Assembly (NCBI GenBank): GCA_964537315.1 | Contig: CAZIAP010000001.1 | Location: 221,938-285,937, forward strand | Direction: 5' to 3' | DNA length: 64,000 bases | DNA from: an uncultured Gammaproteobacteria bacterium | GTDB taxonomy: Bacteria > Patescibacteriota > Microgenomatia > Levybacterales > GWA1-39-11 | Shown: piece by piece, positions 20,360-32,613 of the stretch | How the letters are laid out: every line of letters begins with the position of its first letter | Position numbering within the stretch: the stretch's first letter is position 1 | Notes under the pieces: generated by a model | Database searches by the model: none | What the model was told of the DNA's origin: nothing | The model's input: the letters and a program-made list of their open reading frames with translations, nothing else | Made by a program: the position numbers and the translations under genes

Positions 20360-20435
20360 TGTCTAGATCGGTTCTTGACACAAACAGATTGATTTGAGAT
20401 CATCATGTCTTATTTGTCAAGATCGGTTCTTGCCA
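20360..20435 (+). promoter_or_regulatory. atp operon promoter bracketed by two palindromic operator-like sites (consensus TGTCAAGA-TCGGT-TCTTGACA)
   Basis: 20360-20380 TGTCTAGATCGGTTCTTGACA and 20415-20435 TGTCAAGATCGGTTCTTGCCA; TTGACA (20375)-17-GATCAT with a TG extension. Confidence 0.65.
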
Positions 20436-20518
20436 TATTCCAGTTGTGCTCTACGGACTTGCAGCGATTCGGTCGGGATTGACGCATGAACCCTGATACG
20501 GTAAAATCGAAAAGCAAT

Positions 20519-21259
20519 ATGCATCACAGTATCGGTCCGGAAATATTATTTTCAGTTTTTGGAATTCCTTTTTATAATACATTTGTAACCACGTTAATTG
20601 TTGATGTTGTTTTACTTGCTTTAGTTTTTGCAGTATATCGAAATATCAATAAAGTCCCTGGTAAATTACAGTCAATTTTCGAGTTGATCATTGACTATTT
20701 TTACTCACTTGTTGAGCAGATTTCAGGTGACAGAGTAAAAACAATTTTTCCTTGGGTAGCAAGCTTTTTTATTATCATTCTCTTTTCAAATTTTACGGGT
20801 CTACTCCCAGGTGTAGGGTCTATTGGAGTCAACCACTATGACCATGGAGAGCACCATTTCATTCCTCTACTTCGTCCTGGCACCAGTGACTTTAATATGA
20901 CACTTGGACTTGCTCTAGTGTCAGTTGTTGCAACACACGCAATCGGTATCCGTTACACTGGTTTTAAAGACTACATATCTAGATTTTTAGCTTTCAATCC
21001 TATATACTTGTTTGTGGGAATTTTAGAGTTAATATCTGAAGTTACAAAGGTATTTTCACTTTCATTTCGTTTATTTGGAAACATTTACGCTGGTGAAGTA
21101 GTACTGGCAACAATTTCCGGTCTTGCTGCATTTATTGCACCAATTCCGTTCTTATTACTGGAATCGATTATCGCAGTTGTTCAGGCATTAGTATTTGCCA
21201 TGCTTACAATGGTATTTATGAGTATCTTGTCCACACCGCACCATGCAGATGAACACTAA
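20519..21259 (+). CDS. atpB: F0F1 ATP synthase subunit a
   Basis: NFTGLLPG, LSFRLFGNIYAGE, QALVFAML; start placed at MHHSIGPE (20519) rather than 20486. Confidence 0.95.
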   Translation: MHHSIGPEILFSVFGIPFYNTFVTTLIVDVVLLALVFAVYRNINKVPGKLQSIFELIIDYFYSLVEQISGDRVKTIFPWVASFFIIILFSNFTGLLPGVGSIGVNHYDHGEHHFIPLLRPGTSDFNMTLGLALVSVVATHAIGIRYTGFKDYISRFLAFNPIYLFVGILELISEVTKVFSLSFRLFGNIYAGEVVLATISGLAAFIAPIPFLLLESIIAVVQALVFAMLTMVFMSILSTPHHADEH

Positions 21260-21317
21260 TAACGGAATGATGACAATAAAAAAAATAATTATATATTTGA
21301 GAGGGGGTGAGTACTAA

Positions 21318-21527
<210 letters not shown>

Positions 21528-21529
21528 AA

Positions 21530-21600
21530 CGGTAAGGGAGAAGGGTGAAGAGGCATCCGCTCTAACCGGTGGACTTAACCCTTTACCTTTAACGCTTTTT
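21530..21600 (+). terminator. Long stem-loop with U-tract between atpE and atpF
   Basis: AAGGGT/ACCCTT, TCCGC/GTGGA, GGTAAGGG/CCTTTACC, followed by TTTTT. Confidence 0.6.
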
Positions 21601-21612
21601 GCGTAATGTATT

Positions 21613-22116
21613 ATGGAAATTTTAAACGAATTCGGATTTAATGCTGGGCTGTTAATTGCTCAGATTGTAAATTTTTTGATATTGGCATTTGTATTTAAAA
21701 AATTCTTGTACAAGCCGATACTTAAAGTACTTGAAGACCGTAGAAAAACTATTGCCAAAGGTTTGTCTGACAGCGAGAAAGCTGCTGCTGCACTTGAAAA
21801 TGCTGAAGAGGAACGAAATAAAATTCTAAAAGAAGCAACTAAAGAATCTCAAAAGATTATAGATGAAACAAAAAAAACGGCTGAGTCCCTTCGCACAGAA
21901 ATTTTAGAGTCTGCCCGCGCAGACGCTGAAAAAATATTGAAAGAAGCAAAAGAGCAGTCAAATCTTGAAATGGAGAGAATGAGAAAAGAGGCCGCTTCAA
22001 TGTCATTAACACTTTCAAAAAGCATTCTTGATCGTGTAATGACCCAAATCTTCTCTAAATCAGATAAAGAAGCCATTATAAAGAAAGGATTACAAGAAAT
22101 AGAAAAACATGGATAA
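21613..22116 (+). CDS. atpF: F0F1 ATP synthase subunit b
   Basis: QIVNFLILAFVFKKFLYKPILKVLEDRRKTI followed by coiled coil. Confidence 0.95.
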   Translation: MEILNEFGFNAGLLIAQIVNFLILAFVFKKFLYKPILKVLEDRRKTIAKGLSDSEKAAAALENAEEERNKILKEATKESQKIIDETKKTAESLRTEILESARADAEKILKEAKEQSNLEMERMRKEAASMSLTLSKSILDRVMTQIFSKSDKEAIIKKGLQEIEKHG

Positions 22117-22456
22117 ACAACTCAGAGATCTTGCATTTGCAATTGTAAAACAGCAGTCAATAAAAAAAGATGAAGTTAACAAGCTTTTAGATTCTCTTTC
22201 TGACAAACAACTAAGAAACTTTTTATATTTTTTACGTGTTGCACAAGATTCGAATAAAATAGAGATAACAACAACTTCCGACAGTCCAAAGCTTGATGAT
22301 TACTTTGCGAAAAATTTTCCAGACAAGCAGATATCATATAAAACTGATGATACAATAGGAGGAGGAGTTGTTGTAAAAATTGGAGATGACGTGTATGATT
22401 ACACTGTCCGAAATTATATTGACACAACTATTCAAAGATTAACAAACGAATTATGA
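22109..22456 (+). CDS. atpH: F0F1 ATP synthase subunit delta (short)
   Basis: Operon position; C-terminal DDTIGGGVVVKIGDDVYDYTV motif. Confidence 0.85.
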   Translation: MDKQLRDLAFAIVKQQSIKKDEVNKLLDSLSDKQLRNFLYFLRVAQDSNKIEITTTSDSPKLDDYFAKNFPDKQISYKTDDTIGGGVVVKIGDDVYDYTVRNYIDTTIQRLTNEL

Positions 22457-23976
22457 AACCTGAAGAACTTATAAAAACAATTGAACAAAAACTTTCTAAA
22501 ATTGACGCGTCTCCTACCGTCCAAAATGTAGGAACTGTTATCTCAGTTGGAGACGGCATTGTTGATCTATCCGGACTATCAAAAGTTGCATTTGGAGAGG
22601 AAGTCGAATTTGAAACTGGAAGTCGTGGCCTCGCTCTAGGTATTGAACAAGATAAAGTATCGGTAATTCTATTATCCGATGACATGGAAAAAATTCACGA
22701 AGGTATGACCGCAAAGACTACAGGCAAAGTATTAGGTCTAAATGTGTCAGATGACCTAATAGGACGTGTCGTAGACCCATTACAAAACCCACTTGACGGT
22801 AAAGAACTAAAAATTAAGAAAGGCAAGTACTATCCGTTAGAAAAAATTGCTCCTGGTGTTATTGAAAGACAATCAGTAGATACACCGCTTAAAACTGGTA
22901 TCAAAGCAATTGACGCTCTCACCCCAATAGGACGAGGACAAAGACAACTTATTATCGGCGACCGAGGAACTGGAAAAACAGCCATTGCAATTGATACCAT
23001 CATTAATCAAAAGAAAAAAGACTTAAATCTACCTCAAGTCATATGTATCTACTGCGCAATTGGTCAAAAAAGAGCTAATATTGCAAGAACAGTAGCCTTA
23101 CTTGAAGAGAACGATGCAATGAAATACTCAATAGTAGTTGCTGCAAGCGCCTCAGACCCTGCTGCTATGCAATATCTTGCTCCGTATGCTGCAACATCAA
23201 TCGCTGAGTACTTTATGGATCAAGGTAAAGATGTGCTTGTAGTATATGACGATCTCTCTAAGCATGCTTGGGCATACCGTCAAGTATCTCTGCTCTTAAG
23301 GAGACCAGCAGGACGAGAAGCATATCCTGGAGACATTTTTTACCTCCACTCCCGTTTACTTGAACGATCAGCACGAATGTCTAAAGAGCATGGTGGAGGT
23401 TCAATTACTTCTTTTCCAATTATTGAAACTCAGGCAGGAGACGTTTCAGCGTATATTCCTACAAACGTAATCTCCATCACTGACGGACAAATTTTCTTAG
23501 AAACTGATCTCTTTAATGCCGGTACTAGACCAGCTATTAATATCGGAATTTCAGTATCTCGTGTTGGAGGTGCTGCTCAAACAAAGGCCATGAAACAAAT
23601 TGCAGGACCTGTACGTATTGAAATGGCACAATTCCGTTCCTTGGCAGCGTTTGCTCAATTCGGTACCGACCTAGATGAACAAACATCAAAACAGATTGAG
23701 AGAGGTAAAAGAGTCAGTGCAATCATGAACCAACCACAATATACACCCTTTGATGAGGTATCAGAGGTAATTAGTACTTATGCTGCTACGTCCGGACTAT
23801 TAGACGATGTGCCCGTTGAGCAAGTTAACGAATTTGAAACAAAGTTTTTAGAGTTTGTAAAGGTTAAAGATAAGAAACTTGTGGAAAAAATTAGCGGCGG
23901 AGATAAAATGGATGACAATACACTTGAAGCGCTAAGAAAGGCAATTTCAGACTTTAAGAAAACATTTTTGAAATAG
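22453..23976 (+). CDS. atpA: F0F1 ATP synthase subunit alpha
   Basis: GDRGTGKT, RRPAGREAYPGDIFYLHSRLLER. Confidence 0.98.
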   Translation: MKPEELIKTIEQKLSKIDASPTVQNVGTVISVGDGIVDLSGLSKVAFGEEVEFETGSRGLALGIEQDKVSVILLSDDMEKIHEGMTAKTTGKVLGLNVSDDLIGRVVDPLQNPLDGKELKIKKGKYYPLEKIAPGVIERQSVDTPLKTGIKAIDALTPIGRGQRQLIIGDRGTGKTAIAIDTIINQKKKDLNLPQVICIYCAIGQKRANIARTVALLEENDAMKYSIVVAASASDPAAMQYLAPYAATSIAEYFMDQGKDVLVVYDDLSKHAWAYRQVSLLLRRPAGREAYPGDIFYLHSRLLERSARMSKEHGGGSITSFPIIETQAGDVSAYIPTNVISITDGQIFLETDLFNAGTRPAINIGISVSRVGGAAQTKAMKQIAGPVRIEMAQFRSLAAFAQFGTDLDEQTSKQIERGKRVSAIMNQPQYTPFDEVSEVISTYAATSGLLDDVPVEQVNEFETKFLEFVKVKDKKLVEKISGGDKMDDNTLEALRKAISDFKKTFLK

Positions 23977-24058
23977 CATTCTGTATAGGTACCCCGTATC
24001 TTCAATAATGAGTCATATTGTGTATATAGGGTTTATACTGAAATCTAAACACTAAAGT

Positions 24059-24916
24059 ATGGCAGAAAATCTATTTTTACTAAAACGACGAATTAAAACA
24101 GCTAAAAACATTGCTCAGATTGCAAAAGCAATGGAAATGGTTTCTGCAAGCAAAATAAAACGCTCTCAATCCATTGTTGAAAAAAACAGAGTTTACTCTG
24201 AAAGAATTACTACGCTCACCGAGCATATTCTTTCAAATGCAGATTTAAAAAATTTCACACATCCGTTTTTAGCAACAAGCACATCAGACAAAAAACTTAC
24301 TTTCGTATTCTCTCCTGATAAGGGATTGTGCGGGTCTCTCAACACAAATATTTATAAGTTATTAATGGATAAAAATATGACCAATTCTGAAGTTGTAACA
24401 ATTGGCAAAAAAGCCGAAGGATTTTCAGCGAAAATGGAATACAATCTCGTAGCATCATTCCCAATGGGATCTACCATCCCTCACTACTCTCTTGTTCTTC
24501 AGTTAATAAAGTATATTGAACAGTACTACCAATCAACAGAAGCAGGAACTGTAGAAGTTGTATACGCAAAATTTGACTCACTTTTTCAGCAGACAATTAC
24601 TACAACACAATTACTGCCAATAGTTAGAGAAACAACAGAGTCAGAAGAAACTGATGAGGTTCATGATCTTTCTTTCCTCGTGGAACCTGATGTACACTCA
24701 ATTTTGTCCGACTTACTGCCGTACTACATCGAAGTAAAACTTTATGATATTTTGATGAATGCCTTTACTTCCGAACAAGCAGCACGTATGGTTGCTATGC
24801 AAAATGCCAAGAATAATGCAAATGATGTTGCTGATTTCCTAACTCTAACGTATAATAAGAACCGACAAGAAAAGATTACAAACGAGATCTTAGACCTTGC
24901 AAATACTGTGTCTTAG
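24059..24916 (+). CDS. atpG: F0F1 ATP synthase subunit gamma
   Basis: IAKAMEMVSASK, DKGLCGSLN, SEQAARMVAM, RQEKITNEI. Confidence 0.97.
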   Translation: MAENLFLLKRRIKTAKNIAQIAKAMEMVSASKIKRSQSIVEKNRVYSERITTLTEHILSNADLKNFTHPFLATSTSDKKLTFVFSPDKGLCGSLNTNIYKLLMDKNMTNSEVVTIGKKAEGFSAKMEYNLVASFPMGSTIPHYSLVLQLIKYIEQYYQSTEAGTVEVVYAKFDSLFQQTITTTQLLPIVRETTESEETDEVHDLSFLVEPDVHSILSDLLPYYIEVKLYDILMNAFTSEQAARMVAMQNAKNNANDVADFLTLTYNKNRQEKITNEILDLANTVS

Positions 24917-26774
<1,858 letters not shown>

Positions 26775-26777
26775 CTT

Positions 26778-27497
26778 ATGGCAAAGCAAGGATCAAGACT
26801 TACAAGATCACTTGAGCGTCAAAGCAAAAAACAGCTGTATATATTTGTGGCTGCCACTATTATTATTCTCACTACTCTTGGAGTATTTAGTACCAAAATA
26901 TTAGACGCTATAGGCAGTGTAATGATTTCAGATGAAGACAGAAACAGTTCTACTCAAGAACAAACAGTAGCACCAGTTACCCCTCCACATTTTGATGAAA
27001 TTCCCTCGGCTACTCAGACTAATACAATTAAGATCACGGGCAGCGTTAGCAGAGAAGATGGAACAGTAGAAATTTTTGTGAATAACCGCAAAGTTTCAAC
27101 AAAAAAAATTGAGTCAAATAGGAAGTTCGAGATAACTGGTATTAAAATTTCAGAGGGTGAAAATGCAGTAAAAGGTCGCTATATATTAGGAGATCGAAAA
27201 AGCGAATTTACCAGAGATTATATTGTACATTTTACAAAAGAAGCACCAAAGATTGATGGAGTATCTCCAAGCGACGGAGCAGAGTTTAAACGAGGAGATC
27301 AGGAAATTGTAGTTAGAGGAACAACAGAACCATTAAACACAGTAACTGTTAATGATTTTATAGCGATTGTTAACCAGCAAGGGGAGTTTTCCTACTTTCT
27401 TAGATTGAATGAAGGAGACAACACTATACGAATCAAGGCAGTGAGTCCTACGGGACAAGAAACAGTAAAAGAGCTAAAAGTTACTTATCACCCATAA
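26778..27497 (+). CDS. Membrane-anchored protein with two Ig-like domains
   Basis: Single TM, then IKITG...EGENAV and IVVRGTTEP...LNEGDNTIRIKA Ig-like repeats. Confidence 0.75.
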   Translation: MAKQGSRLTRSLERQSKKQLYIFVAATIIILTTLGVFSTKILDAIGSVMISDEDRNSSTQEQTVAPVTPPHFDEIPSATQTNTIKITGSVSREDGTVEIFVNNRKVSTKKIESNRKFEITGIKISEGENAVKGRYILGDRKSEFTRDYIVHFTKEAPKIDGVSPSDGAEFKRGDQEIVVRGTTEPLNTVTVNDFIAIVNQQGEFSYFLRLNEGDNTIRIKAVSPTGQETVKELKVTYHP

Positions 27498-28671
27498 CTG
27501 CTCTCCCAATACCTAATAAAGTAAAGCATAAAATCATAATAAAAGAATAGAAGAAAGCGTTTTCTGTAATACTCCCTGCAAAAACAGCTGTCAGAATTGT
27601 AAAGTTAAGATTAGGCAGCAACTTATTCTTCTGAGAACTTCTGTAGGCTTCTTTAAACATTGAAATAATCATGTAGATAAAAGATGCTGCGCCAATTAAT
27701 CCTGTTGTGGCAAGTACAAAAAGATAACTATTGGACACACCTGCGCCTGCGTGTGACACCTCTACTCCGCTTTGAATACCCTGCTGCGCATATCTGTATG
27801 CATTAAAACCTACACCAAAAATAGGGTGGTCTTTAAATATACTAATTGCAGTCTGATAGGTTTCTAATCTACTGTATATTGACGCAGTTCTAAATAGATT
27901 TACTCCTTCACTCACATATTCTTTTGGTAACAGAAAAATACCTGCAAGTAAAAGGATACCAGTTATCAAAAGAAACTTTAATTTTTTTTCTAATATTGAA
28001 AATATTGAGACTGATGCAATTAAAGCAAGGTAGCCCGTTCGTGAATAAGTAAGCATTATAAATACAAATGTTAGTAAAATTGCAGCGGCAATAACAAATC
28101 TTTTCCAACCAGGCTTTTCGCTACGAAACAAATAAACAAAAATCCATAACGCGATAATGAATATTATTGAGGCAAAATTCGGGTCAAGAAATGTAGAGAA
28201 TACCCGATATAAATGCTCATCCCATCCTAAATAAATTAGATTTCTAAGGTCGGGATATAGAAAGTATTGAAGTATTCCAAGTGTTGTTACCGCAAATAAT
28301 GATAATGCAACTGTTTTTATTAGAAATGATAAATCATTCTTTTTAAACAAAAGACCAATAATAGGAAATATCGAAAAAATAGTAACGAATCTAAGTAGGT
28401 ACATTGAAGAAACAACAAACTCTCTAACAGAAAGCCAATATAAATTTATGAGCAATGACATTGTTGCTGCAACAATAAAGAATAAATACGGCTTAAAACC
28501 TGTAAGTTTTACTCTTTCAACAGCTATTAAATACCATCCATACAAAACAAATAAAAGAACAGCAACATCGACAGGATAAACATATGCTTGAGGACCTACT
28601 GATATTCGAATCAATACTCCTGGAATAAAACTTAAAAAAATTCCAACGAACAGAATTTTTAGTATAGCCAT
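27481..28671 (-). CDS. O-antigen ligase/polymerase-like (Wzy_C) membrane protein
   Basis: Polytopic; RVFSTFLDPN, LTYSRTG, HPIFGVG, SNSYL..LATTGLIG. Confidence 0.88.
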   Translation of the reverse strand: MAILKILFVGIFLSFIPGVLIRISVGPQAYVYPVDVAVLLFVLYGWYLIAVERVKLTGFKPYLFFIVAATMSLLINLYWLSVREFVVSSMYLLRFVTIFSIFPIIGLLFKKNDLSFLIKTVALSLFAVTTLGILQYFLYPDLRNLIYLGWDEHLYRVFSTFLDPNFASIIFIIALWIFVYLFRSEKPGWKRFVIAAAILLTFVFIMLTYSRTGYLALIASVSIFSILEKKLKFLLITGILLLAGIFLLPKEYVSEGVNLFRTASIYSRLETYQTAISIFKDHPIFGVGFNAYRYAQQGIQSGVEVSHAGAGVSNSYLFVLATTGLIGAASFIYMIISMFKEAYRSSQKNKLLPNLNFTILTAVFAGSITENAFFYSFIMILCFTLLGIGRAVMGDK

Positions 28672-30263
28672 TTTTCTCCCCCTTGTGAATAAAGTGTTAC
28701 ACCGACTGTCTTATCACTATGCACTTCTTGCCATAACTTAAACCTTTCCGGAAGGGGCATATTGCTTGGCGCAAGTATGTAATTAAACTCATCTCCGGGC
28801 ATCACATAGGATTCATGAATAAACGGAAAGTCTGCATACCAAAGATTGTGTATACCATATACAAGCACCTTATCTTTATCAGTAATATTTTTTGAAAAAA
28901 AGCCCGTCGTATCGTAAAAATCACCAAATGAATAATTCAGGTATTCTATCAAGTACTCTTCTCGTGACTGCACTCCTGTAAGAATACCCAAAAATCGCAT
29001 ACTTGCTATACCACGATACCCAATTGATATGATTGCGATAGTTAAACCAGTAACAATTAAAGTATTCCGTATTGTTTTAATTTTTAGATGTTTGATAGTT
29101 ATGCCAACCAGCAATGAGATCACAGGAAGATATGGTAGTAAATATCTCCCTATTACTGTACTGGGAGTTACCAACCATATAAAAACACTAAATAATGAGT
29201 ATATTACTACTAACCTCTCATGTTTAGAAAAATAACGAAAAACTATAAGTAATAAAGGGAAAGAAATAATATATATCGGATTTACCGGATCTGCACCGGT
29301 AACAAAACCCTCCCACAAATTAGTAACCAGTCTCATTGGAGTAAGTGATTCTAATTGCACAAGATATAGATTGCTAAATACCGGGTATACAGGGTTACCA
29401 GTATTTAAAAATGAAAAAATAAAGTACGGTAGAGGAATAATTAGCGCAATGGTTATATACATTAGTGATATCTTTATGCCTTTTTTTATTTGAGTACGAA
29501 ACAAGTAAATTATCACAGGAATTAAGATTACAAGTGAACCTAATGCGATCAGTTTCGTCGAGATAGCTAACCCCGCCATAATAGCAGACTCTACAAGCCA
29601 TAGTGTTTTTTTCTCTTTTATAAATAATATAATCCCATACACTGCCATTAACTCAAAAAACGTTCTACCTAAATCTATATATGCAGTTGTAGATAGCCAA
29701 GCTACTACTAAGTTAGAGGAAAAAATTAATAAAACAAAAAATGATAGTTGTTGAGATAAAAATGTGCGAGAAATTTTATAAAGTACTATTAAAGTTAGAA
29801 TTCCAAATGAAAAATGGATTAATTTTGCAGGCACCGAACTATTCAACATCGCTGCAGGAATATAAAGCATATCAATAAGCTTTGGCATCAGCGAATAATA
29901 ATAAAGCCCACCGGGAATATAAAAAAATGACTGATTCTCAACAAAGATTTTCGGGATCGTCAAGTGGTACCACAAAGCGTCAAAAGACACCTCAGGCATA
30001 AGAGTACCAATAAAGTTCAGCATCCAAATTATTGTTAATAATAAAATAGAGATTCTTATGAAGACATTTGATTTTTTTATAAATGAGATCAAATCAATAT
30101 CTCTCCAATTTATACCTGTCCCTTCACGTCTATACCACCACAGAATGCTAATTAACCAAGCTACAGTTAGTAAAATCACCGATATTGGATATAAGAGGTG
30201 TGCAACGCCTAATGCAAATATCCCATATGAATAAATTCCTATTAAAATGGCAAGTGGAAACAT
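28659..30263 (-). CDS. GT-C fold (PMT/ArnT-like) membrane glycosyltransferase
   Basis: PEVSFDALWYHL, YIDL, GLAISTK, TGNPVYP, RYLLP; SD AAAGGAGG. Confidence 0.8.
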   Translation of the reverse strand: MFPLAILIGIYSYGIFALGVAHLLYPISVILLTVAWLISILWWYRREGTGINWRDIDLISFIKKSNVFIRISILLLTIIWMLNFIGTLMPEVSFDALWYHLTIPKIFVENQSFFYIPGGLYYYSLMPKLIDMLYIPAAMLNSSVPAKLIHFSFGILTLIVLYKISRTFLSQQLSFFVLLIFSSNLVVAWLSTTAYIDLGRTFFELMAVYGIILFIKEKKTLWLVESAIMAGLAISTKLIALGSLVILIPVIIYLFRTQIKKGIKISLMYITIALIIPLPYFIFSFLNTGNPVYPVFSNLYLVQLESLTPMRLVTNLWEGFVTGADPVNPIYIISFPLLLIVFRYFSKHERLVVIYSLFSVFIWLVTPSTVIGRYLLPYLPVISLLVGITIKHLKIKTIRNTLIVTGLTIAIISIGYRGIASMRFLGILTGVQSREEYLIEYLNYSFGDFYDTTGFFSKNITDKDKVLVYGIHNLWYADFPFIHESYVMPGDEFNYILAPSNMPLPERFKLWQEVHSDKTVGVTLYSQGGEKWLY

Positions 30264-30345
30264 ATACCTCCTTTACATAGTAAGTTATTTATATAAAACA
30301 CCAGTATAACTATTATCCAAAGTAAAAAAACTAGAAATAAGGTTT

Positions 30346-31803
30346 TCATTTATGACGTTCTAGAATAAAATAATCATTTATTTTGTTGTTTAGTATAAAC
30401 TCTTCATTTAAGTAATCAGAAATATTGGAGTTTTTTATATCCGTTGTAATGATAACATTGACCTTTTTTTCTTCAAGTATATCTATTATCTTATCTCTAT
30501 CATTAAAGTATTGATCTGTAATGTCATTTAGATCAGATTTGGTTGGGTTATTCGTATCAGTTATAAAATAAAGTAACGGCAAATATCTATCTACATACAT
30601 ATAATCATTATCTTTTTTTATATTATTCACGCTGGTAATTATTTGTGGTATTTCATTTGCATATTTACTTTCTACCAAAATATTAACTTTTTGACTTGGT
30701 AGATAATTGTTATTTTTTATCAAAGGAGCCTCCCACTTATAGTAACCTGAGAACAATGCCTGGTAAAAACCAAGCATTATTAGAAAAATCGCTGTAGAAA
30801 TAATGACTGACTTAAGATATTTATTACTTACAAAAGTAAGTAGTACTGCAAATGATGCTCCAGTGATAGAAATTAATGGAACTAAATGAACATAATCTGT
30901 GGTAGGTCGTATTCCAACCAGGTAGTATGCAGCTACCATAATTGGATAAACAAATAATAAATTTTTATTTCGAGTTGCTATAATAATTGCAACTAAAGAT
31001 ATAAATAGCGGCAAAGTGTAAAATAATAATTTTCCTAAAGATGGTATAAACCTATCCCAGTAAATAAAGCTTGTAGTTAAGCTATTATTTATCATAATAC
31101 GCTCCCAGGTATAGGTATGAAAATCATTAATAAATGGTATGAGAGATGAAGAGAATAATAGATAGATTATGTATATAGTTAAAGGGACTAAAAGTCCAGC
31201 TGCATATAAAATTACGTTTCTTTTCTTTTGTAAATTAGTATTAGCAAATATCGTAATAAATGAAATAATTAATATTACACCACCAAAATTTTGTTTTGAT
31301 AAGAAAGTTAGCCAAGTTGTCATCCCAGCAATAAGAACAAATGCATAATCTTTATTTGTAGCGGTCTGAAGCAAATAAATTGTCAAAAATCCTGTTAATA
31401 TTGCAATCATAACAGGCCAAATAAAGTTAATATGAAAAGGACCCCAAACAAGGAACATACTAATTGATAAAAGTAATATGTAAATACTTTTTGTAATCTG
31501 CTTAGTAATTAAAAAGACAACTAGAATTGAAGATAACGAAATTAAAAGAGCTAGTACACGCGCAGAAAAAACACTTTCTCCTAGAATCTTAAATATACCT
31601 GCGGTCAGATAAATAGACAAAGGAGTATAAACAAAATGAAAATCAAGATATGGAATTTCTCCAATTAATATTCTATGCGCAGAATTAAGTATATATCCTT
31701 CATCATGGTATATGATTCCTCTAAAATGGAAAAACAATAATGATAACACAATACATGTACCAACCAAAATACTAATATAGTGTTTTTTGATTGAATGTAT
31801 CAT
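30346..31803 (-). CDS. GT-C fold (PMT_2-like) membrane glycosyltransferase
   Basis: HDEGYIL...GEIPYLDFHFVYTP, SKQNFG; polytopic. Confidence 0.8.
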   Translation of the reverse strand: MIHSIKKHYISILVGTCIVLSLLFFHFRGIIYHDEGYILNSAHRILIGEIPYLDFHFVYTPLSIYLTAGIFKILGESVFSARVLALLISLSSILVVFLITKQITKSIYILLLSISMFLVWGPFHINFIWPVMIAILTGFLTIYLLQTATNKDYAFVLIAGMTTWLTFLSKQNFGGVILIISFITIFANTNLQKKRNVILYAAGLLVPLTIYIIYLLFSSSLIPFINDFHTYTWERIMINNSLTTSFIYWDRFIPSLGKLLFYTLPLFISLVAIIIATRNKNLLFVYPIMVAAYYLVGIRPTTDYVHLVPLISITGASFAVLLTFVSNKYLKSVIISTAIFLIMLGFYQALFSGYYKWEAPLIKNNNYLPSQKVNILVESKYANEIPQIITSVNNIKKDNDYMYVDRYLPLLYFITDTNNPTKSDLNDITDQYFNDRDKIIDILEEKKVNVIITTDIKNSNISDYLNEEFILNNKINDYFILERHK

Positions 31804-31830
31804 TGTTACATTTGTATCTCTTTCAGGATT

Positions 31831-32592
31831 TTATGTGTTACCTATACCTTTCCATAGTAAGTATAGTTTGGCGCGAACTAGAAAAGAATGAAGGCTCATG
31901 ATTACTGCGTGAATAAATCCAAGTGTTCCATCTTTATATCCTGAAAGAAACAGATAATTTTTAATAAACTTAAGTTTTGGATAACCTATTATAAATAAAA
32001 TATTTGACCGAACTTTTTTTTCAAATAACTCTTCAGCTCTTAGAGTTGAGTAGTAATTAACTTTAGATAAAAAATCAGAAATATTTTGGTGTGGATAGTG
32101 TAGTAGTTCATTTTGTAGAACCGATGTTTTACCTTTGGTATAAAATTCTTCATGAACTCTACCCTTCCACTCTCCTTTTCCTTTTTTTACAAGACGAAGA
32201 AGTTGGATTTTCCCGGTTTCTCCAAACAACATTTTTTTACCAAAGAGATGGTCTCTACGTTTTAAAAAATATCCTGATATATCATCATCCTGTGAGATAA
32301 CTTGTTGTATTTCTTTTTGTAACTCTAAAGTTACACGCTCATCAGCATCAATAAATAGTATCCATTCTCCTGAGGCCTCACTCAAACCAAAGTTTCTTTG
32401 TTTTGCGAAATCGTTTTCAAGCGGACGAACACGTACATGAACTTTTGGATTACTCATCTTTTTAATAATTGATACTGTCCTATCAGTGGACTCGTCATCA
32501 ATTACTAAAATTTGATCACAGAATAATAAACTCTCAATACAATCAGCGATCATTTTTTCTTCGTTTTTTGTAAGTATAACTGCAGTTAGCAT
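31831..32592 (-). CDS. Glycosyltransferase family 2 (WaaE/KdtX-like)
   Basis: VILTKNEE, IDDESTDRT, QRNFG, FIDADE, GRVHE. Confidence 0.92.
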   Translation of the reverse strand: MLTAVILTKNEEKMIADCIESLLFCDQILVIDDESTDRTVSIIKKMSNPKVHVRVRPLENDFAKQRNFGLSEASGEWILFIDADERVTLELQKEIQQVISQDDDISGYFLKRRDHLFGKKMLFGETGKIQLLRLVKKGKGEWKGRVHEEFYTKGKTSVLQNELLHYPHQNISDFLSKVNYYSTLRAEELFEKKVRSNILFIIGYPKLKFIKNYLFLSGYKDGTLGFIHAVIMSLHSFLVRAKLYLLWKGIGNT

Positions 32593-32613
32593 ATGAATAA
32601 TTTTACCAAAAGA

